From Alphaproteobacteria bacterium (GTDB taxonomy: Bacteria > Pseudomonadota > Alphaproteobacteria > JBFXJJ01), in the NCBI GenBank assembly GCA_050175015.1, contig JBFXJJ010000004.1, forward strand, positions 64,001 through 128,000: a stretch of 64,000 nucleotides of DNA, written 5' to 3'. The notes beneath the pieces are model-generated. The model was given only the letters and a program-made list of their open reading frames with translations, had not been told where the DNA came from and did no database searches. Shown here piece after piece: positions 50,876-61,761 of this stretch; positions within the stretch are counted from its first letter, which is position 1, and every line of letters starts with the position of its first letter. The position numbers and the translations under genes are program-made.

Positions 50876-52642
50876 TTGTCTTCCAAAAAACGCATAAAAA
50901 CAAATATTCCAACTTTTAGATTAATAAAAAGATTATGGAAAGCCGCTATAAAAGAACATTTTGGGCTGATTCTTATAGCTCTGTTCTTTATGATCGTAAA
51001 TGCTGCTGGTGAAGCTTTCAGTATTAAAATGCTGGAACCTGTTGTCGATAAAGTTTTTGTTGAAAAGAACCAAGCTCTTCTTTGGCCTATAGGTTTTATT
51101 GTTATTTCTATTTTTGCCATTAAAAGCTTAGCCGCTTATGGACAAGCTGGACTTATGAGTCTTATCGGCTTGCGTGTTATCAATAATATTCAAAAACGCC
51201 TTTTTGGTCATATTGTAATTATGGATAACAAATTTTTTACAACCAACAAAATAGGAAAACTGGTCTCAAGATGTACCGTTGACACTCTTATGCTTAGAAC
51301 GGCCGTCTCTGACACCTTAGTTAGCATCGGCAAAGATGCTTCAGAAACATTTTTCTTAGTTGTCTTAATGTTTATGCAAGATGTCAGACTGGCATCGGTT
51401 GTTTTCTTTATCTTCCCTCTCGCCTTTTATCCTTTGATTATGCTCGGCAAAAGAATGCGCAAAGTAACAATCAATACACAAGAAGAACTGGGTCAATTTA
51501 ATACTATTTTAGAACAAAGCTTCCACGGTATAAATATTGTAAAAGCTTATGGTATGGAAGATTACGAAAAAAAATGCGCCAACGATACTTCAGACAATAT
51601 TATGGAATTATCATATAAGGCGGCAAAAACTAGGGCTATGTCTAGACCTTTGATGGAATTCTTGGGCGGTATTGCTATTACAGTTGTGATTGTTTATGGC
51701 GGCAGCCGAGTTATTGATGGCGCCACAACGCCTGGTGGTTTTTTTGCCTTTATCGGCGCCCTTCTTACCTGCTATCGCCCAATGAAATCGCTCGCTAATC
51801 TTAATGTAAATCTTCAAGAAGGATTAGCCAGCGCCGAAAGAATATTTAATGTCTTAGATACAGAACCTGAGATACAAGATTTACCAAGCTCAAAAAATAT
51901 CGATATTAAAGAAGGCAACATTTCCTTTAATAATGTTTCTTTCTCCTATGGTGATAATATTCCAGCTGTTGCCAATATTTCTTTTACCGCAAACAAAGGA
52001 AAAACCATCGCTCTTGTTGGCTCATCAGGTGCTGGAAAAAGCACTCTTTTGAACCTTATTCCAAGATTTTATGACATTGATGACGGCGCTATTACAATTA
52101 ACGATTTTGACATCAGAGATTTAAGCCTTGCTTCTCTTAGAAAATCAATATCACTAGTAAGCCAAGATGTAACCCTTTTTGACGATACCGTAAGAGCCAA
52201 TATTCTTTATGGCAAATTTGATGCCTCAGAAGAAGATGTTATTAAAGCGGCTAAAGATGCGGCGGCTCATGAATTTATTATGGAGCTTCCCTATGGTTAT
52301 AATACTATTGTGGGTGAACGGGGCGCTAAATTATCGGGCGGGCAAAAACAACGTGTAGCAATCGCTAGAGCGATGATAAAAAATGCCCCTATTCTATTGC
52401 TTGATGAAGCGACATCTGCCCTTGATACCGAATCAGAAAGACAAGTTCAAGAAGCCCTTGAAACTCTTATGAAAGGAAGAACAACAATCGTAATAGCTCA
52501 CCGCCTTTCAACCATTATTAACGCTGACCTTATTTACGTTATTGATAATGGCAAAATAGTTGAATATGGTTCTCACGACGAACTGCTTACCAAAGACAAT
52601 TACTACGCCAAATTATATAAGCTTCAATTTAAGAATGATTAA
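50876..52642 (+). CDS. msbA: Lipid A export ABC transporter (MsbA-like)
   Basis: TM domain plus NBD (GSSGAGKS, LSGGQKQR); heads the lipid A cluster. Confidence 0.88.
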   Translation: MSSKKRIKTNIPTFRLIKRLWKAAIKEHFGLILIALFFMIVNAAGEAFSIKMLEPVVDKVFVEKNQALLWPIGFIVISIFAIKSLAAYGQAGLMSLIGLRVINNIQKRLFGHIVIMDNKFFTTNKIGKLVSRCTVDTLMLRTAVSDTLVSIGKDASETFFLVVLMFMQDVRLASVVFFIFPLAFYPLIMLGKRMRKVTINTQEELGQFNTILEQSFHGINIVKAYGMEDYEKKCANDTSDNIMELSYKAAKTRAMSRPLMEFLGGIAITVVIVYGGSRVIDGATTPGGFFAFIGALLTCYRPMKSLANLNVNLQEGLASAERIFNVLDTEPEIQDLPSSKNIDIKEGNISFNNVSFSYGDNIPAVANISFTANKGKTIALVGSSGAGKSTLLNLIPRFYDIDDGAITINDFDIRDLSLASLRKSISLVSQDVTLFDDTVRANILYGKFDASEEDVIKAAKDAAAHEFIMELPYGYNTIVGERGAKLSGGQKQRVAIARAMIKNAPILLLDEATSALDTESERQVQEALETLMKGRTTIVIAHRLSTIINADLIYVIDNGKIVEYGSHDELLTKDNYYAKLYKLQFKND

Positions 52643-53339
52643 AAAACACTTCAAAAAACTGCTGAAAATCGTTGGCAACAGCTCTATAGCAAGAAAAGGG
52701 CTTTGTCTTATCTTAATCGTTGTTGTAAGATTTGTTCATTTTACAGGACGTTTTAAATATATTGGCACCGAGAATATTGAACCTTTCTGGCAAGAAAAAA
52801 AACCTGTAATTATGGCAACTTGGCATAGCCGAATTATGCTGGTTACCTATTTTTGGAGAACAAAAAATCTCATAAATGCGTTGGTATCACCTCATCGTGA
52901 TGGTCTGATACTTTCCAGCATCTTTAGAAATTTTGGAGTCAAAGTTATAAATGGCTCAAGTTTTAAAAATCCTGCCCGAGCCGCCGTTGCTTTAAAAAAA
53001 ATGCTGGATCAAAATGAATCCATTGCCATTACGCCAGACGGTCCTAGAGGACCTCGAATGAAATTAGGCTCCAGCCTGATTTATTTTGCTAAAATATCAG
53101 GAGCTCCCGTAATTCCTATTATATATTCTACAAACCGCTGCATAATATTAAACAGCTGGGATCGCTTTATGTTGGTTCTTCCTTTTGCTAAAGGGGTCTT
53201 CTTTTATGGAAAACCTTTTTTCGTTCCTAAAGACAGCGATGAAACAACTATGGAAAATTTGCGGATAAAGCTTGAAAAAGAATTAATAGATTTGCAAAAT
53301 AAAGCCGATGAAATGATGAACCTAAAGCCTATTAATTAA
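52635..53339 (+). CDS. DUF374 / LpxJ-like acyltransferase
   Basis: WHSR, SPHRDG, TPDGPRGP, SWDRF; ATG overlaps the msbA stop. Confidence 0.88.
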   Translation: MIKKHFKKLLKIVGNSSIARKGLCLILIVVVRFVHFTGRFKYIGTENIEPFWQEKKPVIMATWHSRIMLVTYFWRTKNLINALVSPHRDGLILSSIFRNFGVKVINGSSFKNPARAAVALKKMLDQNESIAITPDGPRGPRMKLGSSLIYFAKISGAPVIPIIYSTNRCIILNSWDRFMLVLPFAKGVFFYGKPFFVPKDSDETTMENLRIKLEKELIDLQNKADEMMNLKPIN

Positions 53340-53349
53340 GGATTTTTAG

Positions 53350-54606
53350 ATGTTAAAAAAAGTATATTGTTATCTGTCATATATTATCTTTCCTTTTGTA
53401 GCGCTAATCCTAGCCAAACGCCGTATAAAGGGGAAAGAAAGCATTGAACGCTTTCCTGAAAGACTTGGACTTAATTCTTACACCCCATCATCTAAAAAAC
53501 TTTTATGGTTCCACGGTGCAAGTGTTGGAGAAGCTGTTTCAATGCTGGTTTTAATCAACAAAATTCTTATCGAAAATAAAGACATTGAAATTATGGTAAC
53601 AACAGGAACGCTAACCTCCGCCAGACTTATGGAAGAACGCCTGCCTAAAGGGGCTTTTCACCAGTTCGTACCAGTTGATATTCCTCATTATATAAGACGT
53701 TTTTTAAACCATTTTAAACCAAGTGCTATTTTTTGGTTTGAATCAGAATTTTGGCCTAATTTGGTTTTTGAAATTGAGAAAAAGAATATCCCACTAGTTT
53801 TAGTTAATGGCAGAATTTCTAATAAATCTTTTAAAAAATGGCAATGGTTCAAATTTTTTATTAAAGAAATATTGTCTTGTTTCAGCCTTTGTTTAGGGCA
53901 AACCGAAGAAGACACTAGAAGACTTGGCGTTTTAGGTGCCAAAAACACGCTTTATCTTGGCAATATAAAATATGCTTCTCCTAAACTTCCGTTTAATGCC
54001 AAAGATTTAAAATCATTACAGAAAGCTATTGGAAACCGCCCTTTATGGCTGGGAGCAAGCACGCATAATCCTGAAGAATTGGCTCTCGCAAAAACGCATA
54101 TCGACTTGAAAAAAGATTTTGATAATATTTTGACAATCATTGCTCCGAGACACCCTAATAGAGGTGATGATATTGTCAAAGGTTTAAGCTCTCTTGGACT
54201 AAACATTAAACAACGTTCTAAAAGTGAAATGCCTGACAGCACAACTGATGTTTATATTGCCGATACTTTAGGCGAACTCGGACTTTTTTATGAACTTTGC
54301 AACAAAGTTTTTGTTGGAGGCTCTCTTATTCCTCACGGCGGGCAAAATATGCTGGAGCCAGCACGTTTCGGCTGTAGCGTAATTGTTGGCAAACACACTC
54401 ATAACTTTACCGATATGATAACAAGAGCCAAAGATAAGGAAGCCGTTTTAGAAGTTAGTGATGAAACTGAACTTTATGAACTTTTGAAAAAACTTTTGTC
54501 TGAACCAAATCTTTTAGAGAAGTATGGGAAAAATGCTCAAGAATTTGCTGAATCAGAAGCCGATGTTGTTAATAAAATCGTTGATAATATCAATTCGTTT
54601 TTATAG
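53350..54606 (+). CDS. waaA: Kdo transferase
   Basis: WFHGASVGE, ESEFWPN, APRHP, GGQNMLEP. Confidence 0.96.
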   Translation: MLKKVYCYLSYIIFPFVALILAKRRIKGKESIERFPERLGLNSYTPSSKKLLWFHGASVGEAVSMLVLINKILIENKDIEIMVTTGTLTSARLMEERLPKGAFHQFVPVDIPHYIRRFLNHFKPSAIFWFESEFWPNLVFEIEKKNIPLVLVNGRISNKSFKKWQWFKFFIKEILSCFSLCLGQTEEDTRRLGVLGAKNTLYLGNIKYASPKLPFNAKDLKSLQKAIGNRPLWLGASTHNPEELALAKTHIDLKKDFDNILTIIAPRHPNRGDDIVKGLSSLGLNIKQRSKSEMPDSTTDVYIADTLGELGLFYELCNKVFVGGSLIPHGGQNMLEPARFGCSVIVGKHTHNFTDMITRAKDKEAVLEVSDETELYELLKKLLSEPNLLEKYGKNAQEFAESEADVVNKIVDNINSFL

Positions 54607-54624
54607 CTTTAAGGACATTTTGAT

Positions 54625-55596
54625 ATGAAAGCACCCATATTTTGGCAGTCCCAAAACATAACAGCCAACATTCTTAGACCTCTTGGTTTTTTGTATAATT
54701 TAGGTGGAATTCTAAGAAGAATTATATCTAAACCATATAAAGCGCCTGTTCCTGTAATATGCGTTGGCAATTTAACGGTTGGCGGGGTTGGCAAGACACC
54801 TGTTTGTATTGCGTTATCAGAACTTTTATCGAAAGGCATTTCCAACATCTTCTTTTTAACCAGAGGATATAAAGGAAAATTAAAAAACATTTCAGTGTCA
54901 ACCACTGCCCACAACGCCGATACGGTTGGCGATGAAGCCGTTTTATTATCAAGATATGCTCCAACTATTGTGAACCAGAATAGAGCCTTAGGAGCTAAAT
55001 TTGCTGTCGATAATGGCGCCAAATTACTTATTATGGACGATGGTTTTCAAAATCCTCATCTATATAAAGATTTTTCGTTTGTGGTTATCGATGGCTCTCA
55101 AGGTTTTGGAAATGGTTTTGTTCTTCCTGCAGGAGCCTTAAGGGAAAGTATTTCTATTGGATTAAAAAGAGCTAATGCTGTTATTATAATTGGTGAGGAC
55201 AAACATAACTTGTCAAAAATGATAAAGAAATTTAACCTCCCGATTATCCACGCTCGAATGATTTTGAATAAGAGTGCAATTAATAATTTGATTGCATCAA
55301 AAGTTATCGCTTTTGCAGGAATTGGTATCCCGCAAAAATTTTTCGACAGTCTTAAAAATTCAAAATTAGAATTAAAAGAAACTATCGCTTTTCCAGATCA
55401 TCATAAGTATTCTGAAAACGAGCTGGAAAAATTGGTATCAAAAGCAAAAAGCATTGGAGCTGCACTAGTTACAACCGAAAAAGATTATGTAAAAATACCA
55501 AATGCTTTTAAACCTAATATCATTCCTATACCTGTAAAAATTTTATGGGAAGACGAGCATCAAGTATTTGAGATTTTATCTAAAATAATAAAATAA
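54625..55596 (+). CDS. lpxK: Tetraacyldisaccharide 4'-kinase
   Basis: VGNLTVGGVGKTP, DDGFQ, FPDHH, TTEKD. Confidence 0.97.
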   Translation: MKAPIFWQSQNITANILRPLGFLYNLGGILRRIISKPYKAPVPVICVGNLTVGGVGKTPVCIALSELLSKGISNIFFLTRGYKGKLKNISVSTTAHNADTVGDEAVLLSRYAPTIVNQNRALGAKFAVDNGAKLLIMDDGFQNPHLYKDFSFVVIDGSQGFGNGFVLPAGALRESISIGLKRANAVIIIGEDKHNLSKMIKKFNLPIIHARMILNKSAINNLIASKVIAFAGIGIPQKFFDSLKNSKLELKETIAFPDHHKYSENELEKLVSKAKSIGAALVTTEKDYVKIPNAFKPNIIPIPVKILWEDEHQVFEILSKIIK

Positions 55597-55614
55597 AGGA
55601 CTTATAAAAAATAA

Positions 55615-56508
55615 ATGCCGACCTCATTTATAAAAAAATATATACGCTATCCCTTTGAAGCCTTAGCTGCATTTCTTATTTTCAGCATCTTTAAGCTTAT
55701 GCCTATTAGCGTAGCATCATATTGCGGCAGCATTTTGCTTCGAGTATTTGGTCCTTTATTAAAACCCAATAAAACGGCTAAAAACAACTTAAAAAAAGCT
55801 TTTCCCGAAAAAAGTGATCAAGAAATAAAGCTTATTCTAAAAAAAATGTGGAACAATTTAGGACGCAGCCTAGGAGAATTTGCTCACGTCCCCAAAATTA
55901 TTAAAAAAGGCAGCGGGAGAATAGAGCTCATTGGTATTGAGAACGTATTATCTTTAAAGAATGACAATAAACCAGGAATGTTCATTTCCGCTCATTTAGG
56001 AAACTGGGAAACAAGCATTGGAGCCTGTACGTCTTGCGATCTTTTATTACATCGTATTTATCGTGCCGCCAACAACCCTTTAGTTAATAAGCTGGTATAT
56101 TCTTCTGGAAGAGGTGAAAATTTTGGCGAACTTCTGCCTAAAGGTTCTAAAGGAGCAAGAAGAGCTCTAGAACTTTTAAAAAAAGGCGAACATCTTGGCA
56201 TTCTGCTTGACCAAAAGATGAATGACGGTATTGAATGCCTATTTTTTGGACGTCCAGCGATGACAGCCCCTGCCCCTGCTCAATTCGCCTTAAAATATGA
56301 CTGCCCTATTGTGATGGCTAAATCCGAAAGATTAGACGGCGCTAATTTCAGAATAACTCTCTATCCTCCGTTTTATGCTGAAAATACTGGCAATCGTCAG
56401 GAAGACATCAAAAAAGTAACACAAAAAATGAATGATATTATCGAAAGCTGGATTAGAGAAAAACCTGAAGACTGGCTCTGGGTTCACAATCGCTGGAAAA
56501 AAAACTAG
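55615..56508 (+). CDS. Lipid A late acyltransferase (LpxL/HtrB family)
   Basis: HLGNWE, LLDQK, WLWVHNRWK. Confidence 0.93.
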   Translation: MPTSFIKKYIRYPFEALAAFLIFSIFKLMPISVASYCGSILLRVFGPLLKPNKTAKNNLKKAFPEKSDQEIKLILKKMWNNLGRSLGEFAHVPKIIKKGSGRIELIGIENVLSLKNDNKPGMFISAHLGNWETSIGACTSCDLLLHRIYRAANNPLVNKLVYSSGRGENFGELLPKGSKGARRALELLKKGEHLGILLDQKMNDGIECLFFGRPAMTAPAPAQFALKYDCPIVMAKSERLDGANFRITLYPPFYAENTGNRQEDIKKVTQKMNDIIESWIREKPEDWLWVHNRWKKN

Positions 56509-56584
56509 AACTAGATTAAGGGCATATCGCTTTTATTTATGGATATGATTACACTTAAAATGATGATTTTAAAAAAATGGCAAC

Positions 56585-56621
56585 AAAAAACCGCTGTTTC
56601 CTTAATAGAAAAGCGGTATTT
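56585..56621 (-). terminator. Terminator downstream of tRNA-Leu
   Basis: accgct...agcggt stem with an A tract on the plus strand (U tract on minus). Confidence 0.6.
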
Positions 56622-56633
56622 CATTTTAAAAAT

Positions 56634-56720
56634 TGGTGCGGTCGAGAAGACTCGAACTTCCACGAGATTTCTCTCACAGCGACCTCAACGCTGCGCGTCT
56701 ACCAATTCCGCCACGACCGC
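56634..56720 (-). tRNA. tRNA-Leu(GAG)
   Basis: GCGGTCGTGGCGGAATTGGTAGACGCG; anticodon arm CAGCG-TTGAGGT-CGCTG; long variable arm; GTTCGAG; encoded CCA. Confidence 0.97.
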
Positions 56721-56784
56721 GCAAAAAATTGGTAAGATGTTAAGTAGCAAATTAGGACAACTAAATCAAGTATAATATTAAAAA

Positions 56785-57423
56785 ATGATAGAATTAAAAA
56801 AAACAAATTACCTTATAGAATATCCCGATGCCTTAAATTTTATGGAGCAACGGGTTGAAAACATTGCAAAAAACCAAGCCTCTGAGCTTGTTTGGCTAGT
56901 TGAACACCCTCCTCTATATACCGCGGGCACCAGCGCTGAAAAAAAAGACCTTCTAGGGACATATAAACTGCCAGTATATGATGCAGGGCGGGGCGGAAAA
57001 TATACCTATCATGGAATCGGACAACGGGTTGTTTATTTTATGATTAGTCTTAGGAATCGCAATATTAATGTCCATCAATTTGTAAATATGCTGGAAGACA
57101 TTATCATTCTTACTTTAAACGATTTCAAAATCAAAGCCGAAAAAAGAAGTGATAGAATCGGAATATGGGTAAAAACCAAAAACAGTGAAGAAAAAATTGC
57201 GGCACTAGGAATAAGGATTCGCAAAGGAATTAGTTTCCACGGTATCGCCATAAATATTTCACCAAATATGGAACATTTTAACGGAATTATCCCCTGCGGC
57301 ATCAGCAATTTTGGCGTAACAAGTATGCAAAAACTAGGGTTAAATATCTCTCTTGATGAATTTGATGCCAAGCTTATTCCGAATATTTCGAATATTCTTC
57401 AAGATGAACTAAAATCTATTTAA
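56785..57423 (+). CDS. lipB: Lipoyl(octanoyl) transferase
   Basis: EHPPLYTAGTS, RGGKYTYHG, KIAALG, IIPCGI. Confidence 0.97.
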   Translation: MIELKKTNYLIEYPDALNFMEQRVENIAKNQASELVWLVEHPPLYTAGTSAEKKDLLGTYKLPVYDAGRGGKYTYHGIGQRVVYFMISLRNRNINVHQFVNMLEDIIILTLNDFKIKAEKRSDRIGIWVKTKNSEEKIAALGIRIRKGISFHGIAINISPNMEHFNGIIPCGISNFGVTSMQKLGLNISLDEFDAKLIPNISNILQDELKSI

Positions 57424-57536
57424 CTTTTGATAAAAGCAAAGATATTTTTTTACAAACACAGAACTTACGTATAAGTGAAATACGCTCTAAACCAAAGAAG
57501 CTCTAATTGCATAATCTTAAATTTATGCTGAATAAC

Positions 57537-57571
57537 AAAAGCCCTCATCATATATATGATGAGGGCTTTTT
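57537..57571. terminator. Bidirectional intrinsic terminator
   Basis: aaaagccctcatcata...tatgatgagggctttt. Confidence 0.88.
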
Positions 57572-57590
57572 AATATAATAACTTTAATCT

Positions 57591-60409
57591 TTAGAAATCA
57601 TACTTAACTTGAATTGTTCCAGCATGACTTGTGTAGTCAGATTTAAGTTCCGCATCATAATCAGCCAAGAATGACCAATTATCTTTTTTAGCCAAAGTTA
57701 CACCCAAACCAATAACAGCAGCGTCTTTTGGAAGCGACATACCATTGGTCGTAAAGCTTGTACCGCCAGCAACATATTTTGATGTTGTATCAATTTGATC
57801 ATCACCAAATTCATGCATCCAGCTTAATCTAACTTCTGGGGTAAGAACACCTGCATCAATATCAAAATTACGTGCCAATTTAGCGCCTAATTTAGATTTG
57901 ATTGAATCTGTCTCTCTCGATTCAACTTTAAGAGCAGCAGAACCGCCGGCTTCACTATAACCATCTTGGTTTAAATGACTGTAACGAATTCCTGCAACTG
58001 GAGTAACTATTGCTTTTTCGAAATCAATAGGCATACCAGTTTCAACAGATACCGTATATTCATTAGCTCCATAATTAGATGTTAAATTTTGATTAATTGC
58101 ACCAACATTAACTAAACGGTTATTGTCAAAATCGTGGTAACTATAGCCAAGAGATCCTTCAACATACATTTTATCGAATTTCTGATTGCCGTATAAAACC
58201 ACACCATAACTGTCAATATCACTGCCATTACTGCTTAAAACACCTTTATTGTTGATATTGGTTAAAGCATAAGATAAAGCCAAGCCTAAAGTTAAGTTTT
58301 CATTGACTTCTTTATCAGCACCAACTGCAAACCCTTGAGTATCAGCATCATAGCCTTCAATACCGTTTCTTTGGCTCTGATCAGCAGTAAAACCAAAGAA
58401 CTGTCCCCAAAGACCAGCATTTTCTAAAACATCACCTGTTGCAATACCAGCTCTTACTTGAGCTAAACGATCTCCAATTACATTTGAAACACCGTTTGTT
58501 GTTCTAACTGCACCAACTGCGGCTGCGCTATTAACATCTGGAGAAAGTTTCATAGAAGCTTCATTAACTTCGGCGGCTGTACTCAACCCTTGAACCGCAG
58601 ACTTAATTGCACTAGGAGCTCTGTCAACAGAAACAGCAGTTCTTTTATTAACTCCGCTTAATTCAGATGCTTCTTTGATCGAAGATGTCAAAACAATAGA
58701 GTTACCACTGCTGCCATCAACCGTCCAAGATACGAGAGGTGTACTGGTTACACTATAATCTTGGGTCGCATTTAATATATAACTTGATGAGCTAAATAAC
58801 GTATATGATGCGGCATCTTGTGCTTCAACACCATCAAAAACAGGTGTAAAAGTTAGCACATAGTCATTCAAATTAATTCCATTGCCATTGATATCAATAT
58901 TACCATAACCTGTATCTGTTACCGTAAATTTGACTTCAGCATCATCATTAAGAACAAAGTCTCCAACTCCACCAAATGTTATATCATTATCACCAATATC
59001 AAAAGTGCCAGCATTATTAACTACACCTCCAACCGTTGAATCTGATGAGAATTTGAAAGTAGCATCAGATTCAATATTAAGAATTGAAGAATTAAGATGT
59101 GAACCACTAAAAGTAACCGTCTTATTGGCACCTGAAACATTTATAGCACCAAGAGCATTTGTCACACTAGAAAATGAGGCGTCATTTTTAAATGTTACTG
59201 TCCCTGCAATACCTTTGTTTAGGTCGTTAACATATACAGAGCATTAAATTCCATTTCACTCATTGCGTTTGAAATGCTTAAATCAGTAGCATAAACGGTA
59301 TCATTAAATGTAAGTTTGTGAGCGCCCAAGGCATTTAAAGACAAAGTATTAATGCTTTTGCCTTCTTCACCAATAGAACCATCAATAGTAGCATCAGCTG
59401 TAAATTCTACCTGTCCCCAATTATTCGTTTCAGCTGTAATATCTCCATCATAGGCTCCAGCAAAACTAACACTGCCAACCCCAGATCTAAACATTATATC
59501 AGCATCGACATCATCATAAGCAGAAAGGCTGCCAAGAACTTGAATATCATCAGAAAAAATTTCGCCCGTAACACCTACAGTCGCGCCAGCAGATATTAAC
59601 AATCTTTTCAATGCTTGATTTTCTGCACCTATTGCACCGCCAACGTTAGCATTATTATCAAAGGCAAAAGTTCCTTCTCCATCATTTGCAGTCGTAATAC
59701 TACCAGTTATATTAGATCCTTGTTGAATTGTCGCCTTACCATCTGCCGTAAAATTAATATCACCAGAAGCAACTAATGCTCCTTGAAAAACGACATCACC
59801 TGTACCAGAAACATTAACATCAGCAGCTCCCACAGAAGATGCGAATGTCGCTGTTTTTCCATTGGCACCGCCAAAATCAATATCAACAGCACTAGCCGTT
59901 CCGACTGCCCCTGAAATATAAGCATCACCTTCTAATTCTACAGTACCGCCGCTGCCGCCTGTTGTATTTATGCTGCCTGTAAAGTTAACGCCATCTCCTA
60001 AAACAATACTGCCGCTGCCAGGGCCAAATCTTAATTCGTTGACATAAACGTCATCGTTAAAAGTAGCAGTTACACCAGCTTCACCGGCAAGAATTGTTCC
60101 AATAGCTGCACCAGATGCACCAATCTGCTCATTGGCCTCAGAATTACCAGAGATAGCCAATGTTCCTTGATTATTAACTGTGGTTGTAACAGCTACACCA
60201 AGGTTTATACCATCATTAACATAAACAGTGTCTTCGGCTGTAAAATTAATGTCTGTTGTCGGTGTTACTGTTAACGTTTTATCTGAACCATCTGTGTTAC
60301 CGCCTGAGTAAGGAGTAATAGGTTGCGCTGATACACTCTTAGGCATAGCAACAAAACCAGAGATTACGGCTAAAGAAACGCCCAATAATAATTTTTTTCT
60401 ATAAGACAT
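57591..60409 (-). pseudogene. Type Va autotransporter split by a single-base deletion at about 59240 (about 939 aa if restored)
   Basis: Upstream ORF has the signal peptide and passenger; downstream frame has the rest of the passenger and the barrel (ends VKYDF); one added base restores FNASVYVNDL. Confidence 0.85.
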
Positions 60410-60567
60410 GGGTTAAATAAAATCCTTTCTTTTTTACAGAATTATAAAATTTATTAAATAAAATCTTGATAATAAAGTCATTACAGGACAATAAAAATCA
60501 ATGCAACTATTTTTTTTGCAAGTCTTTGATTAACAATAATGTTTTAATGATATTGGGTAACTTTGTG

Positions 60568-61446
60568 CTAAAAACATTTATTGGGTATATCTTGATAGTT
60601 GTTTCTCCAGAAATCAGCAATTCCCTTGGAATGCCCTGCGCCTTCTATTGTTACAATTTTAGTACAAGATATATTAGAAACAGCTTTAACAAAATTGCTG
60701 ACAACAAAAAATGGAATTACTTTGTCTTTATTTCCTAGATAATGAATTTGAGGAATATCTCTTAATTTTTTTGCTTTTTCCTTTGGATTTAAAGATTTAT
60801 TCTGTAATGGGACTTTATGATATTGATTTACAGCATCGTGATCTAAATTCCCCGCAACCGTCCTTAAAGATAAAACCCTATCTGGTTCTTCTTCCGCAAT
60901 TAATGCCGCTAAAGCTGCCCCACCTGAATATCCTACAAGATGAATACCTTCCGCCTCACTAGCAAAATAATCAACAACCGCTTTTATGCTAGATAAAACT
61001 TCGCTGGAGAATCTGCCGTCTGTCCAATAAAAATTAGAACAATATTCATCTTTTGATGCTTGATACTGACAAGGTCTTGCTACATATAAAACATTATCGC
61101 CTTTATCTATAGCCGCCAACTTGAGTCCTATAGGATTTATGGGTGTGGGATCAGGAGAAACCCCATTTCTAACAAAAGCTAAGCCATCACCTTCAATATA
61201 AACAACTAAAGGCTTTTTCTTATCTCTCTGGCGGACAAAGGCTTTAATATTAAATTTATCCGCTTTTAAAGAGACTTCTTTTAACCCAGCATTTTCAGCA
61301 ATAGTCTGAGCCGTGGTTAAGCGATTATCGGGAGATGCCGCACAAGATGACAATATGATTAAAACAAAAACAAATTTAAACTTTAGAAGTTTCTTTATTA
61401 CTTTGTTTAAAATAATATTATTCCTTAAAAACATAACTTGTTGCAC
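60568..61446 (-). CDS. Alpha/beta hydrolase lipoprotein
   Basis: Lipobox LSSC; YIEGDG, ARPCQY, GYSGG nucleophile, D and H candidates; start codon uncertain. Confidence 0.85.
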   Translation of the reverse strand: MQQVMFLRNNIILNKVIKKLLKFKFVFVLIILSSCAASPDNRLTTAQTIAENAGLKEVSLKADKFNIKAFVRQRDKKKPLVVYIEGDGLAFVRNGVSPDPTPINPIGLKLAAIDKGDNVLYVARPCQYQASKDEYCSNFYWTDGRFSSEVLSSIKAVVDYFASEAEGIHLVGYSGGAALAALIAEEEPDRVLSLRTVAGNLDHDAVNQYHKVPLQNKSLNPKEKAKKLRDIPQIHYLGNKDKVIPFFVVSNFVKAVSNISCTKIVTIEGAGHSKGIADFWRNNYQDIPNKCF

Positions 61447-61449
61447 ACT

Positions 61450-61752
61450 TTAATAACTAGCAATATTGATAAAAAGACCATCTTCAAAAGGAGGCGTTAT
61501 ACTTGTGATTCTTTGCTGTTCAACAGCCGTAACAAGAGCCATAGAAGGTCCTTTATAACATAAAGCTACCATTTTATTAACCATAGCCTCTTCTCCAGCA
61601 AAAAGAGCTTCAACAGAACCATCACTAAGATTTCTAACCCAACCTGAAAGCCCTAATTTATTTGCCTCTTGTATTGTCCAGCCTCTAAACCAAACGCCTT
61701 GTACCCTGCCTTTAATTTTGACATAAATAACACTTTGATTTAACTCTGGCAT
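61450..61752 (-). CDS. acyP: Acylphosphatase
   Basis: GRVQGVWFR, GWVRNLSDGSVE. Confidence 0.95.
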   Translation of the reverse strand: MPELNQSVIYVKIKGRVQGVWFRGWTIQEANKLGLSGWVRNLSDGSVEALFAGEEAMVNKMVALCYKGPSMALVTAVEQQRITSITPPFEDGLFINIASY

Positions 61753-61761
61753 ACAAAAACC

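Noticed and set aside
56634-56720. tRNA as an integration site for an island
   Set aside because: No integrase or duplicated tRNA 3' end was seen, and the flanks are housekeeping genes.
56539-56775. 78-aa ORF
   Set aside because: It is antisense to tRNA-Leu and its terminator.
59219-59260. Slipped-strand phase variation or programmed frameshift in autotransporter 2
   Set aside because: No homopolymer, microsatellite or slippery heptamer at the junction.
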